From Eledone cirrhosa (lineage: Eukaryota), in the NCBI GenBank assembly GCA_964016885.1, contig OZ024741.1:14260001-14324000 (forward strand): 64,000 nt of DNA, written 5' to 3'. Below, piece after piece: positions 23,021-37,379 of this stretch. Positions within the stretch are counted from its first letter, which is position 1. Each line of letters begins with the position of its first letter. The translations under genes and the position numbers were made by a program. The notes under the pieces are model-generated. The model saw only the letters and a list, made by a program, of their open reading frames with translations. It was not told where the DNA came from and searched no databases.

Positions 23021-24093
23021 ATACAGAGAAAGGAGGAGAGGGAGCTGATATATTTATATTTACACAGAAAAACCATGTATTATAGACATATGAAATAAAT
23101 ATTATTTTTTTTTTTTTTATATTTTATTTCTCTCTGAGTGAATCTTTATAGATGGGGAATTTTTGTAGGAAAAAATGGGCGACAAATTAGAAAAATATAT
23201 AAATAAATACAGTAAATAAATAATATTAGCGAAAGAAAGAATAAAATGAATTTCAAGAAAAACATTGACAATTCTACAATCCCAATCACACGTCCAACTT
23301 CTATTCTCACCCAACACAACAAACAAACAAACAGATATAAAATCAACATAAAATCAATATAAAAATACTATAAAAAACACACCCAAATCATTCACATAAA
23401 AGACTAGAATTGAAGGAGAAACAATAAAAGCGCTGATAGAAAGTGTCAGTTAAAATGGAGTCGTTGACATTTATAAGATATAAAAGTCGTTGAGAAATTT
23501 CATCTTGGCAGCCATATTGTTTTCAACGTTTTGTTTAATGTTTACTTTTGTTCTTGTTTTTATTAGTTTGTTGGGTATTTTTACTCTTGTTTCAAATCTA
23601 TTTTATTTTTTATTTTGTCCTTTAATTTTTCTATTTCCTTCCTTGTTTTTATTCTATTTTTTCTTCTTATTTAATTCTTCTTTATTGTATTTCATTCTCC
23701 TGTAATTCTGTTTCCGTGAATATTTTATAAAATTTTGTATAATTATTAATATATATTTTTTAAAATTCATTAACAACTATGGTTCATTAAAAAAAATTAT
23801 ATATTCGTTTTTCGGGGATTTTCCTACTTATAGCATTCTGTGTTTCCCAGTCACTCATCTCCGTATCCTTGGATATTGCTGAGGCGGGCCTGGCAAAGTG
23901 GAACACTAGCTGTCTTAGCGGAAATTTATAGGGATAATTTTCGATAATTTTCAACCAAGTAACGTTTCATTACACCTGGCCGCCCCATTTGTGATTTATT
24001 CAAGGACAGTGACAGGAAGCTCTGAAACTCCGAGTGATGTGTTGTAAACTGAAGCTATTAGCTTATATATGAAAAATAAAAATATTCTATCCA

Positions 24094-24378
24094 AGGGATT
24101 GAGTTCTTTCTCTACTATAACTGTATTGTAGTGAACATAACTACACATAACTACACATAGATACCAATTGATTCCTATCCACCGACTACTCACCATTATA
24201 AATATATATGTATGTATATATACATACATACACACACACCCATATATATATATAAATATATGTATAAATATGTATATATATATAGGATATATATATACGG
24301 TGGATAGGAATCAATTCGTATCTATGTGTAGTTATGTTCACTACAATACAGTTATAGTAGAGAAAAAACTCAATCCCT
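24094..24378. repeat. Inverted repeat, ~85-bp arms around a TA-rich spacer
   Basis: gggattgagtt...attcctatccaccg (24094-24184) is mirrored by cggtggataggaat...aactcaatccc (24298-24378). Confidence 0.8.
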
Positions 24379-24414
24379 AAATACAGGTATATATAAATAT
24401 AGGTCTATATATAT

Positions 24415-24538
<124 letters not shown>

Positions 24539-24826
24539 TACATATATAAATATACATATATAAATATACACATATATATAAAAATAAATTTATATAATAC
24601 ATACACACACATATATATATATGTATAAATAAGATGGAGGAGTAGTAGGTAGACACGTGCCTGATATCAAGCATCGTAACTCATCCAAAAATGAGTCATT
24701 TATCACAGATGTACTCAATAGCAAATTTAAAATAAATTAAATTAGTTTGACTGAAACAGAAGTTGAAGTCTTTCGAATATACAATACAAATCAGATATAT
24801 CATCTCTTTATATCTCTCCATCCCTC

Positions 24827-24919
<93 letters not shown>

Positions 24920-24982
24920 TTATATATATACACATATATATATATATGTATATATATATACTTATATATATAAGTATGAATA

Positions 24983-25038
<56 letters not shown>

Positions 25039-25043
25039 TATAT

Positions 25044-25076
<33 letters not shown>

Positions 25077-25474
25077 CACAGACACATATATATGTATATA
25101 TATATATTAGAATTGATACTATACATACATTCATATATATATATATATATATATATATAAACAAATATGTGTATATATGTGTGTGTGTGTCTGTGTATGT
25201 GTCTCTGTGTGCGTATGTGTGTGTAAGTTTGTGTATTTACATATGGTTTGATAGAGAGGCATACGTCCGTAGTAGAAGACATTGTTTGAAATGACAGAGA
25301 TATTGTTAAAATGGCAGCCAGTCTATAAAGCTGGTTTAATGATTGATGACATAACTGATATATTACTAAATGAATAGGAATACGATTAAAGATTTCAGAT
25401 TAAAGACTAAAGATTGCAAACAGGGGAAATAACCAACAAATTGATGAAACAAAAGCAATGACATTATCTTACGA

Positions 25475-25992
25475 GTGTATGTGACTCTGGTTGTGTGTGT
25501 ATGTGACTGTCTTTGAATGTGTATGTGACTGTCTTTGAATGTGTGTGTGACTGTATTTGAATGTGTATGTGTGTTTGAATATGTGTGTGACTGTGTTTGA
25601 ATGTGTTTGAATGTGTATGTGACTGTGTTTGAATGTGTATGTGACAGTTTTTGAATGTGTATGTCACTGTGTTTGAATGTGTGTGTGACTGTGTTTGAAT
25701 GTGTGTGACTGTGTTTGAATGTGTGTGACTGTGTTTGAATGTGTGTGACTGTGTTTGAATGTGTGTGACTGTGTTTGAATGTGTGTGTGACTGTGTTTGA
25801 ATGTGTGTGTGACTGTGTTTGAATGTGTGTGACTGTGTTTGAATGTGTGTGACTGTGTTTGAATGTGTGTGTGACTGTGTTTGAATGTGTGTGTGACTGT
25901 GTTTGAATGAGTGTGACTGTGTTTGAATGAGTGTGACTGTGTTTGAATGTGTGTGACTGTGTTTGAATGTGTGTGACTGTGTTTGAATGTGT
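25475..25992 (+). repeat. 20-22-bp minisatellite (gtgtgtgactgtgtttgaat)n
   Basis: Read directly; about 24 copies. Confidence 0.92.
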
Positions 25993-26298
25993 TAATATCT
26001 GTGTGTGTGTTTCAGTGTTTATGTGAACGTGTGGTTACATATATTTGCATGTTACATGTATTTATATATATGTGTTTATTAATGTGCTTCTATGTGTGTG
26101 TTTAGATAGAAGTATTTGCGTATATACTTCTATGTATATGTGAGTATGTGCTTAAATATTTTTGTGTATATTTTTACATATAGATATTTGTGTATATATC
26201 TATGTGTGTGTTTCTGTGTCTATTTCCGGAAGTGTAAATGTGGCTGTATATGGTTCCATATAGGTGTATGTGTTTCTATATATGGGTATGTTCTCCCC

Positions 26299-26417
<119 letters not shown>

Positions 26418-26548
26418 AAATAACAGATTCTTTGCTTAAACTTTAATTTGTTATTTTAATAAATATTTGCTGTAGGGTTCTTTTATATTTGATATATATT
26501 ATCCTTATCGAGCCTTCTTTGGATTTTAGTCTTCACATTTATTATTAT

Positions 26549-26597
<49 letters not shown>

Positions 26598-26808
26598 TAT
26601 AAATTTAGCGGGAATCGCATTTCGGCGAGTAGAAAAGGTGAAACGAAACGCAAAATCAGAGTCATGCTGGCAAGCGCTCCATAGTTAAAAAGCCAGAGCT
26701 AAACATATGTTATAAAGGCCATACACAACTGAAAAGGCAGTCACGAAGGCATTAACCACCTAAGCCAAAAAGCAAGTCAAGCTAAACAGGTCACATAAAA
26801 TAAATGAT

Positions 26809-26857
<49 letters not shown>

Positions 26858-27134
26858 TATGTAAACAAACCTGGGCCCATTGGAATTGATGGTAAAATCC
26901 AAATACACGGTTTCTATGACACCTAAATCAATAATACTGTCTGCTTAAAACTATCAGCTTTTGGTATAATGATCGAACAAGGAATATCACGTTATCAACA
27001 GGTATTTTGTTCTGCGCCAGTTTTGTGAATGACGTAGTGCTTTGTAAAAGCACATGTGTAACACACAAGGGGAAAAACCCCAGATTTTGGCAAATAAATT
27101 CAGTATGTGTAAATCATGCAAAACATTGCATAAA

Positions 27135-27766
<632 letters not shown>

Positions 27767-28359
27767 ACTAAACTGTTGAGGTGAACAGACGTGTTTCTAT
27801 TGCTCTCTACCAAGTCAGTAGCCAGCTTCACAGCTTTAAAGCTTATTTGACTGAACATATATATGTATATATATTTGTAACTACGTGCTTTTCCTACCAA
27901 CTCGTACGGGCGTTTTCTTAACTACAGATTATTATATACACTCGTTTTTCTCTTAATATCTTCAAACAACCAATTAACCAAAAACTTTTAACAACCTCAA
28001 ATAACCAAATCTCACATCCATAAAAGAGAATACATATCTATATATACGCTACTTTAATATCTTCAAATAACCAAAGGCTCACTCACATAAGGAAAAAGTA
28101 TATACAAATACACGGGCTCTCCCTACAAACTCGCAAGCAAGTCTTCTTAACTACAAACTATTATATAAACTCGTTTTTCCTTGGATATCTTCAACCAAAT
28201 AACCAAAAACTATTAACATCCTCAAACAACCAAACTCACAGCCATAAGAGTGAATATATATATATACACGATTCTTTAATTTCTTCAAATAACCAAAGTC
28301 TCACTCACGTATCAAATAACAAATATCTTAAAACGCACACAAGGGTAAAGAAAAAAAAT

Positions 28360-29500
28360 ATGACTACTGACCAGCAAGCCCACAACGGACGGAATTGGTC
28401 TGAAAATGAAATTGACCTCTTAATAAACACATGGTTTTCTCTGTCCCAAACAAGAAACATTAACGCGTCATGTCTGAATGAAATTGCTGAAAAAACAGCT
28501 GAAACATTGACCACGAGGTCTGCTAAGCAGATACACAACAAACTAAAACATGTAGAAGTCTCTTTCAAACTAATTCAAAACCATTTTGAAAAGCTTCGAC
28601 ATATTTACTCCAATGGGCAAACACAACAACAGCAACAACAACAGCCACAACAACAACAACATCTACCACAACAATAACAACAGCTAGAAAGCCAGGAGCA
28701 ACTACTGCTGAATTCAAGCATAATAGCTGAATTATTGAATGATAGTATCACTCAGCCACTCACTCAGCCAATATTATCGCCATCACCATCACCACCGTCA
28801 CCATCTTCTGCCACACCAACTGCTAGTAATGGACCACTGCTCTCTCTCCCACCACAGTTGTCATCATCATCATCACCACTAATGCTTTCTTCCTCCACAT
28901 TACCACCACAGCCATGCCATAGTCAAAAGAACTTAAAAAAAACTAGAAACCCCAAAATATGCCGCTACTCACTACGTCAGAAGCTATGCACACGTAGCGA
29001 CTGTATATTTATCCATTTACCGGGTACTAGGCGCACTAACACTGCCAGCCAACACCAAAGCACGCTGCCCGCACGTATAGGTCGCAGTCCCAAAATCTGC
29101 CAACATTCCCAACGTGAGAGGCTTTGTCTGCTGACTGAGTCCCTTCACTCATCTTCCTGGGACACAACAGTAAAGGGGCTTCATGCCAACCCACAAACCA
29201 CAATAAAGCCACCCCCTGCTGCGGTAATTCTGCTCCAGTCTCCTCACAAAGACATGATTACAACAACAAAAGTAATGCAGCTCCAGTCTTTTCACAAAGG
29301 CACGATCACAACAACAACAAATACAACAACAACAAAAATAACGCTGCTCTAGTCTTTTCACAAAGACACGATTACAACAAATACAACAACAACAACAAAA
29401 GAGGGAACTGCAACCCTATCCAATGTTGTAATCACAAATCCAATCAAAAACTGCTTCCTGAACAAAAAAAAATCTTTCTTTTTTAGCCATGAACCTGGCA
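28360..29500 (+). pseudogene. ORF1 of the CR1-like LINE: Myb/SANT-like N-terminus, Q/S/P-rich linker, two CCCH-like repeats
   Basis: RNWSENEIDLLINTW ... EIAEK ... TRSAKQIHNKLK; KICRYSLRQKLCTRSDCIFIHLPGT and a second, frameshifted copy. Confidence 0.6.
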
Positions 29501-29599
29501 AAAGAGATAGAGAAAAACATTTTAGCCATCACCCAACACCATCCTTGCTGTCACTAACACTCAATCACAAAACAAGCCCCCTGCAACAGTCAAAACCAG

Positions 29600-32355
29600 C
29601 CACCAGACTAGCCTTCACATTCTTACTCAATACACAAGGTATCAGCCCATCCATCAATGCACAGAAATGGAAGATCCAATTCATTGAGGATTGGGTTGGT
29701 AACCATCCATTTCACATCCCCTTCTTCATTCTTACTGAGACCCACCTTGACAACTCCCACTTGGAGGCCGAAGTAAGAGTGAGAAATTTCACAACCATCC
29801 GTGCCGATCGTGTTGGCAGAAGGAAGGGTGGAACTGCCATTTTCCTGCATGATTCCTTTACGGCAGATGGCAACACAACATTCTCTAATGGATACTGTGA
29901 ATCAGTCACTGTGTACAATAAAGCCAATGACCTGACATTAGTTAGGCTCTATAGGCAACCACAAACACCCATAATCTGCTTCAAAGAATGCCTCAACAGT
30001 ATTAAATGCTTTATTAAACAGTGCCATTCTAGCAACATACTTTTGATGGGAGACTTTAATCTACCCTGTGTCGATTAGTCTACATATAGTTTGAAACCAG
30101 GCTCCAGAGCCTCAACCACTGACAAAGAGGCTGTCGAGTCACTTCTTGACTTCATGAATGAGTTTTTCTTGTCCCAACTTGTCCTTGCACCAAAGAGGCA
30201 TCAGAAGAACATTCTGGATCTAGTGTTTAGTAACCACACTAACACTATACATAATATTACAGTGGAAAAAACCCTTCTCTCAGACGATGACATGGTTCTT
30301 TGTATCCTGAGATTCCACCAGCCGAAAGCCAATCCCAGGGTCCTCTCTCCAGCCCACCCATTTGATAACATGGATCTCTACAATGCCAACTGGGATGCAA
30401 TTATGAAGGAACTATAACATGTCGACTGGTCTTTTACACACGCGCACACTTCCACCAACATCAAAACATCTTGGCAGATCTTTGTAGACACTGTCACAAA
30501 TATATGTACAAAACACACCCCACCAAAACCTGCGAACAAAACCAAGTGCAGTACCCCCCAAAACAGAAAAACAATTATCAGAAAAATAAAAAGAACAAAC
30601 AAAAAAATTAACACACTAAAATACTGCCAACAGCAACTCACACATTCAATGGCTATCACCCTGCTTGAGTAAAAAAAATATAACCTCCAGCAATGCATGA
30701 TGACCATCATCAATAACCAGAGAATAGCTGAAGAGAGGTGGGCCATTGAGAAAATCAAACTCAACCCCAAAGTGTTCTTTACATTTGCTAAAAAACACAA
30801 GGTCACCGTCTCCACTGTTGATCCCCTAGTTGATGAAAATGGCACACTCCAGGACAATGCCAAAACCATGGGCGAAATACTGCAGGAACAATACTGCTCT
30901 GTTTTCAGCAATCCTGATATGGCCGATCTGGGCCATATCAGACATAACGTTTGGCGCCCCTGATGTCTTAGCGGCAATAAACGAAATTAAACACAATTCA
31001 GCAGTAGGCCCTGACAGGTTCCCTGCTTGTGTCCTGAAGGTGTGTCGACACCAACTTGCATCTCCTCTTGCTAATCTGTGGAGGAACTCAGTGGACACTG
31101 GCTATATTCCTGAAAACTTTCTGTCCCAGTCCGTTGTCCCAGTCTTCAAAAAGGGAAATAAGTCCGTTGCAGTGAACTATCGTCCGATCTCACTCACCTC
31201 TCATATTATCAAGGTATTTGAGAGGGTGGTGAGATCACGAATAACCCACTTTCTTGAAAGCAACGGCCTGCTGAACTCCAACCAACATGGCTTCCCTAAT
31301 GGAAGGGACTGCCTAACGCAGCTCCTGCATCACTTTGACGATGTTTTGAGAGCCTTGGGAGAGGGCTCCAACACTGATATCATCTACCTTGACTTCAGCA
31401 AGGCCTTCGACAGGGTTGATCATAATATTCTACTTAAAAAACTATCCAATGTTGGTGTCTCTGGAAGGTTACTACAGTGGATCAAATGTTTCTTGACAGG
31501 CAGAACCCAGCATGTTGTAGTCGAAGGAGTAAAATCAAGCCCTACCAAAGTCAGCAGTGGCGTCCCACAAGGCACTGTGTTGGGCCCACTTCTTTTCATC
31601 ATCTACATTAATGACATTACTGACGTCATCAAGCACAGCAACATCAGAATCTTCGCAGACGATTCCAAGCTCCAAAGGGTCATCAATGAGGTGGGTGACC
31701 GGACTTGCCGTCAGTCAGACCTACTTGCTGTTATCCAATGAGCAGAAATGAATAATATGCTGTTGAATGAAGATAAATTTGAATTAATCCACTTTGGAAA
31801 AAAGGATGCCCTGAAACTACCATACTCTTTTCCTTCGGGTGAAACTCTAGTGGCTTCCAATAACATCAGAGACCTGGGACACGAAACAAAGTATCATGAA
31901 AGTTGAAGCACCCCAAAGGTCAATTACAAAAAAGATAGATGGCATGACAGGATTGACTACTGGGGTCGATTAGAAAAGCTCAAACTTTATTCTCTCCAAC
32001 GTCGCTGTGAGCGCTACATTATCTGTATGATGTGGAAATATTCCATCAGCTTTGCCCAAATGATGTTGGCATCACCTTTAGTGTACACCCAAGGCTTGGG
32101 CCCCGTACTATCCGCCCACGACAAAAATCTCACTCGCATCACATAACAACAATACAGTACAATTATTTCACCTCAATTGGCCCTGCACTCTTTAACATTA
32201 CACCAAGACACATCAAAACAGAAACAGACCCCATAAAGTTCAAGAAGTCTTTGGATAAATTCCTTCAAGAAATCCCGGATAAGCCTCCTACACCCGGATA
32301 TGCTTCCGTAAACAAAAACTCTCTGCTCGAGTGGGCCAGGGTACCCAAACACTGA
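29600..32355 (+). pseudogene. ORF2 (APE-RT) of the CR1-like LINE, with stops, frameshifts and internal deletions
   Basis: ORF pieces 29545-30078, 30091-30417, 30697-30963, 30830-31741 and 32032-32355. Confidence 0.88.
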
Positions 32356-32451
32356 TTTGTAAGACTCGCCAGGTGGTGCTATTAAGTTAGACATGGCCTG
32401 GGCCAATACTGGCCGAAACCTATCAAAGTATCAAAGTATCAAAGTATCAAA

Positions 32452-32511
<60 letters not shown>

Positions 32512-33167
32512 TATGTACGTATATGTATGTATATATATGTATATAATGCAGATAATTATGGTGTTTATCCGTGTAGGTTATGCTGTAACTTAGCGGTGAT
32601 AAACCAGTTTGAACAATCCCAAATCACTTCACATCAGTAGTGTATCCCCAGCCAAATATTGGTGATTAGATGTTTACATTTATGAAATATTACATATTTT
32701 ACATAATTGTTCATAGCATAACATATATTACAATCACATGATTATGCAATGGTTATAGCAATAAGAGTCACCATGTGACATCATCAGACGCACATACAAT
32801 TAAGAGGTGTAGTTATGCAAGTATGCTGATATTGCATTACACCAATATGGAAGTACATTACCGGCACTGTATCACCATACTCGAACAACTACACCTCATA
32901 ATTGTATGAGCATCTGATGATCCAATATCTTAAGGTTCCATAATCACTCCATGGTCAGATGACATAACCCTGCCACAGAAATAAGTATATGTGTGATTAT
33001 ACAACATTAAAGGAGAAAGAGAGATGTAAAATCGCAATATGGCGCCTTGCCGAAACCGCTTGACGCCGTGGTCGGGATTTTACATAACTATACCGGCTCT
33101 GATCTCCCCGTGCAATGAGTACTCCCATCATTAGTGGTCTCCTTGGTCTCAGCACCGCAGACTCTCT

Positions 33168-33244
<77 letters not shown>

Positions 33245-33247
33245 TAT

Positions 33248-33349
<102 letters not shown>

Positions 33350-34138
33350 TTGTGTGTGTAAACGAAATATGCATACATATACCACGTTGCAAGACGCTAC
33401 TTTATTTTCGTGTAAAACACGAATGTTCGTAATATGCACCCGCAGAGATTGCCATAAAGCATATCTGTGTTTGTATGTGTGTTTGTATGTGTGTATAGGC
33501 GTGTGTATGTGTTTGTATGTGTGTATGTGTGTATAGGCGTGTGTATGTGGGTATAGGCGTGTGTATGTGTGTATAGGCGTGTGTATGTGTTTGTATGTGT
33601 GTTTGTATGTGTGTATAGGCGTGTGTATGTGTTTGTATGTGTGTATGTGTGTATCTGTAAAGTATTTGTATGTGGTTAAATATTTCACGAATTATATATG
33701 TGAATACGTACAATTTTGCATATCTATTTCATTATTATGTATGCTTACATATATATGTCTGTACGTTTATATGTGTATGTATATACGCAGGTATATATAT
33801 ATATATTTGTGTATGTGTGTTGTGTACAGACATGATTTCTACAAGACTAGAACAGTTTCATTCGTATGAAATCATCAGGATTGTCAGTTAAAATTACTTG
33901 GGATCGTTATTTATAATTCCTTTGGGATTGATGTAGGGAAATGGAGACGGCAGAATAGATGATTCTCCTTATTTATTTCATTGCTTCCTTTATTATCTTT
34001 TTTTTCTTTTTTCTCGTGTATTGAACTCGTATTGAGTGCTACCTCACAAGCGTTGTGTAATTGTTTAATTATTTAACGATAGCCAATCATATCACAATCG
34101 TGTTTTTACCTATATGTTATGATTCAGCTGAACGGGGT

Positions 34139-34440
34139 TACACAATTCTATCAAACTGGTTTGAAGTACAGTCTGACAGTTTGAGGAGTACACAATTCTA
34201 TCAAACTGGTTTGAAGTACAGTCTGACAGTTTGAGTAGTACACAATTCTATCAAACTGGTTTGAAGTACAGTCTGACAGTTTGAGTAGTACACAATTCTA
34301 TCAAACTGGTTTGAAGTACAGTCTGACAGTTTGAGTAGTACACAATTCTATCAAACTGGTTTGAAGTGCAGTCTGACAGTTTGAGAAGTACACAATTCTA
34401 TCAAACTGGTTTGAAGTACAGTCTGACAGTTTGAGGAATA
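34139..34440 (+). repeat. 50-bp minisatellite, 6 copies
   Basis: Unit cacaattctatcaaactggtttgaagtacagtctgacagtttgagtagta. Confidence 0.95.
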
Positions 34441-34505
34441 CTGAATTCTTTCTGTAACCACAGAATTACGTTCAGTTTTGTTATTACTGTATGCTCGCTT
34501 CAGGC

Positions 34506-34712
34506 TGGTGGATTGGCAGAATTGGTAGAATGTCGGACACCATGCTTTGCAGCATAGAGTTATGACCCTTTACGTTCTGAGTTCAAATTCCACCGAGGTT
34601 ACCTTACGGGGTCGATAAAATAAAGTACCAGTAATACACTGGTTCGATTTAATCGACTTTCTCCTCACCTTCAAATTGCTGGCCTTGTGCCTGAAATAGA
34701 AACAATTATATA
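34506..34712 (+). mobile_element. tRNA-derived SINE, family 1
   Basis: A-box-like tggcagaattgg, B-box gagttcaaattcc, body ggggtcgataaaataaagtaccag shared with 46428 and 57893. Confidence 0.8.
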
Positions 34713-35424
34713 TTTCAGTTCCACGGTTCTACAGTTTATTGTACTTCATTGTGTCGTAGTAGACATTTATAAATTACTGATCCTTGTTCAGTCACCAACA
34801 CACATAGGGAAATAAACAACACATTTTCTTCTCCTACTCCTTTTCCTCTTCATCCGCTTTTTCATCTGTCTCTCCTTCCATCTACTTCACTATCACTCCA
34901 TCGTCATCTAGACAACCCCCTCCACACCCATCCACCTCCTATTAGATTCCAACCCCTTCAATTCCCAAAGGAATTATAAATAACGAACCCAACCAATTAT
35001 ATTTGACTTTCCCGATGATTTCATACGAATGAAACAGTTCTAGACCTGTACAAGTCATTTTTATATAAAATAAAGTAGCATACTCTATGAACGCATTGAG
35101 TACCGTGGTTACCGCCTAATGATACCATCTGGAGTCCATTTTAATTATATATATGTATATATATATATATATACATACATACATAGAGCAAACAGAACGA
35201 TATATTTTAAAAATGAAACTAAATGCTTTTACATTAATATAAAAAAATTAATGAAATTTCCACAAAATATAATTATTGCTTATTATACATAATAAGCAAT
35301 AATTATAGATATTTGTATCATGATATGAGCGCATATATATATATACATATATGTTTGTGTGTTTAAATTCCGTCAGCTTGTGTGTGCATATGTATAACTG
35401 TACAGAGTAAATACATATATGCAT

Positions 35425-35554
<130 letters not shown>

Positions 35555-35839
35555 ATGTGTGCATATACATATATATATATATACATATACATATATATAT
35601 ATACATATAAAAATATACATATATATAGATATATTATATGTATATGTGTTTATGTTTGTATATTTATGTGTCTGTACATAAATCTAACCATATATACACA
35701 CGTATATATGTATATATATAAACCGATACAAGAATATACACACATATACATATATGTGTATATATAAATATACATGTGTGTGCGTGTATGTATGTTTGGA
35801 TGTGTGTGTGTGTGTGTGTGTGTATGGGTTTGTGTGTAA

Positions 35840-35967
<128 letters not shown>

Positions 35968-35983
35968 GTACACACACACACAT

Positions 35984-36031
<48 letters not shown>

Positions 36032-36047
36032 CCACACACACACACAT

Positions 36048-36119
<72 letters not shown>

Positions 36120-36613
36120 GCATGTATCCATTACGAATAAAAAATGTGCATTTGATAGCTCTCAGATGATTGTGTTATGGAAGTTGTCTGAATTCTAAGA
36201 TGGCTTCCATCGACGCTACTTATTCGCCTGTTTGTTTGTATTTAAACAGCCGTACAATGTGTTATTAAACAGATTGCTTATATCAATGCTTACTTAATAA
36301 TATCGCTAAAAATTTTCACTGCACTGTGAATAGCTGTTAAACTTTCTCCCTAATTTCTTTTACAGGCATTACCATTCACGTTAGCTTTCCGCACCACTTG
36401 CTGCCAAGTCTGTTTATGTATTTCGCCAAGTTCCACACCAACAACGCTGTTTCACTCTATGCCTACATATATATACATACATACGTACATGTATACATAC
36501 ATACATACATACATACATACATACATGTATACATACATGTACACATACATATATACATACATATATACATACATACATACATACATACATACATACATAC
36601 ATACATACATACA

Positions 36614-36646
<33 letters not shown>

Positions 36647-37009
36647 GTATACATACATACATACATGTATACATACATACATACCTACATACATATATAC
36701 CAGGAAGGTGGCCGGTCAAAAAAATATACTCGAAATTAAGAGAAAGAGATAATATACATACATATATACATATATACATTCATATATACAAACATATATA
36801 CATACAAGCACACAAATATGTGTGTGTGTGTATTGGTATGTATGTGTGTGAATGTGCGTGTGTTTGAGTGTATGCGTGTGTGTATGTACGCCTATATTTT
36901 TATATATTTATAAATATTTACAAACATACACCTACATATGTATGTATATTCTTATGTATATTCATTCACATTAAAATGTATTAATATGCATATACCCCCA
37001 CACCCACAC

Positions 37010-37133
<124 letters not shown>

Positions 37134-37379
37134 ATATATATATGGGTGTGGGGGTATATATCTATATATATTCATATAATATACCTCTCTCACTCTCTCT
37201 ATATATATATACACACATATCAGTCACACGTACATATGAATGCTGTTGTGTGTTCAGGGTATAGAAAACCATATATACATCAATGCATATAGTCGCTTGT
37301 ACGTAAATGTACATTAACCGTTTAAATATTCTTCACATTAAAATCTGGTGGAGATATTGACGTAAATATACTTCACTTT

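Larger units (their letters stand above)
27763..32453 (+). mobile_element. CR1-like LINE, near full length and decayed, inserted in (TA)n
   Basis: APE (LTETHL, MGDFNLP, LDLVFSN), RT (NYRPISLTS, DFSKAFDRV, GVPQGTVLGP, FADD), 3' stem-loop ggccaatactggcc and (TATCAAAG)4 tail. Confidence 0.9.
33830..35060. repeat. Fold-back structure with ~100-bp imperfect inverted arms (33830-33931 and 34958-35060)
   Basis: tttcattcgtatgaaatcatc versus gatgatttcatacgaatgaaa; atttataattcctttggga versus tcccaaaggaattataaat. Confidence 0.75.

Noticed and set aside
23400-24060. Unique island with YY1-like motifs and a possible exon
   Set aside because: No sustained ORF or recognisable RNA fold; the motifs are short enough to occur by chance.
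32395-32425. ggccaatactggccgaaac as a hammerhead stem II + GAAA
   Set aside because: No CUGANGA upstream; better explained as the CR1-type 3' recognition stem-loop.
34139-34440. CRISPR-like appearance of a palindromic repeat array (also 47636-48378)
   Set aside because: Units are contiguous with no unique spacers, there are no cas genes, and the context is eukaryotic.
36340-36460. Strong 3' splice site (ctaatttcttttacag)
   Set aside because: No downstream donor or meaningful ORF; an isolated motif.
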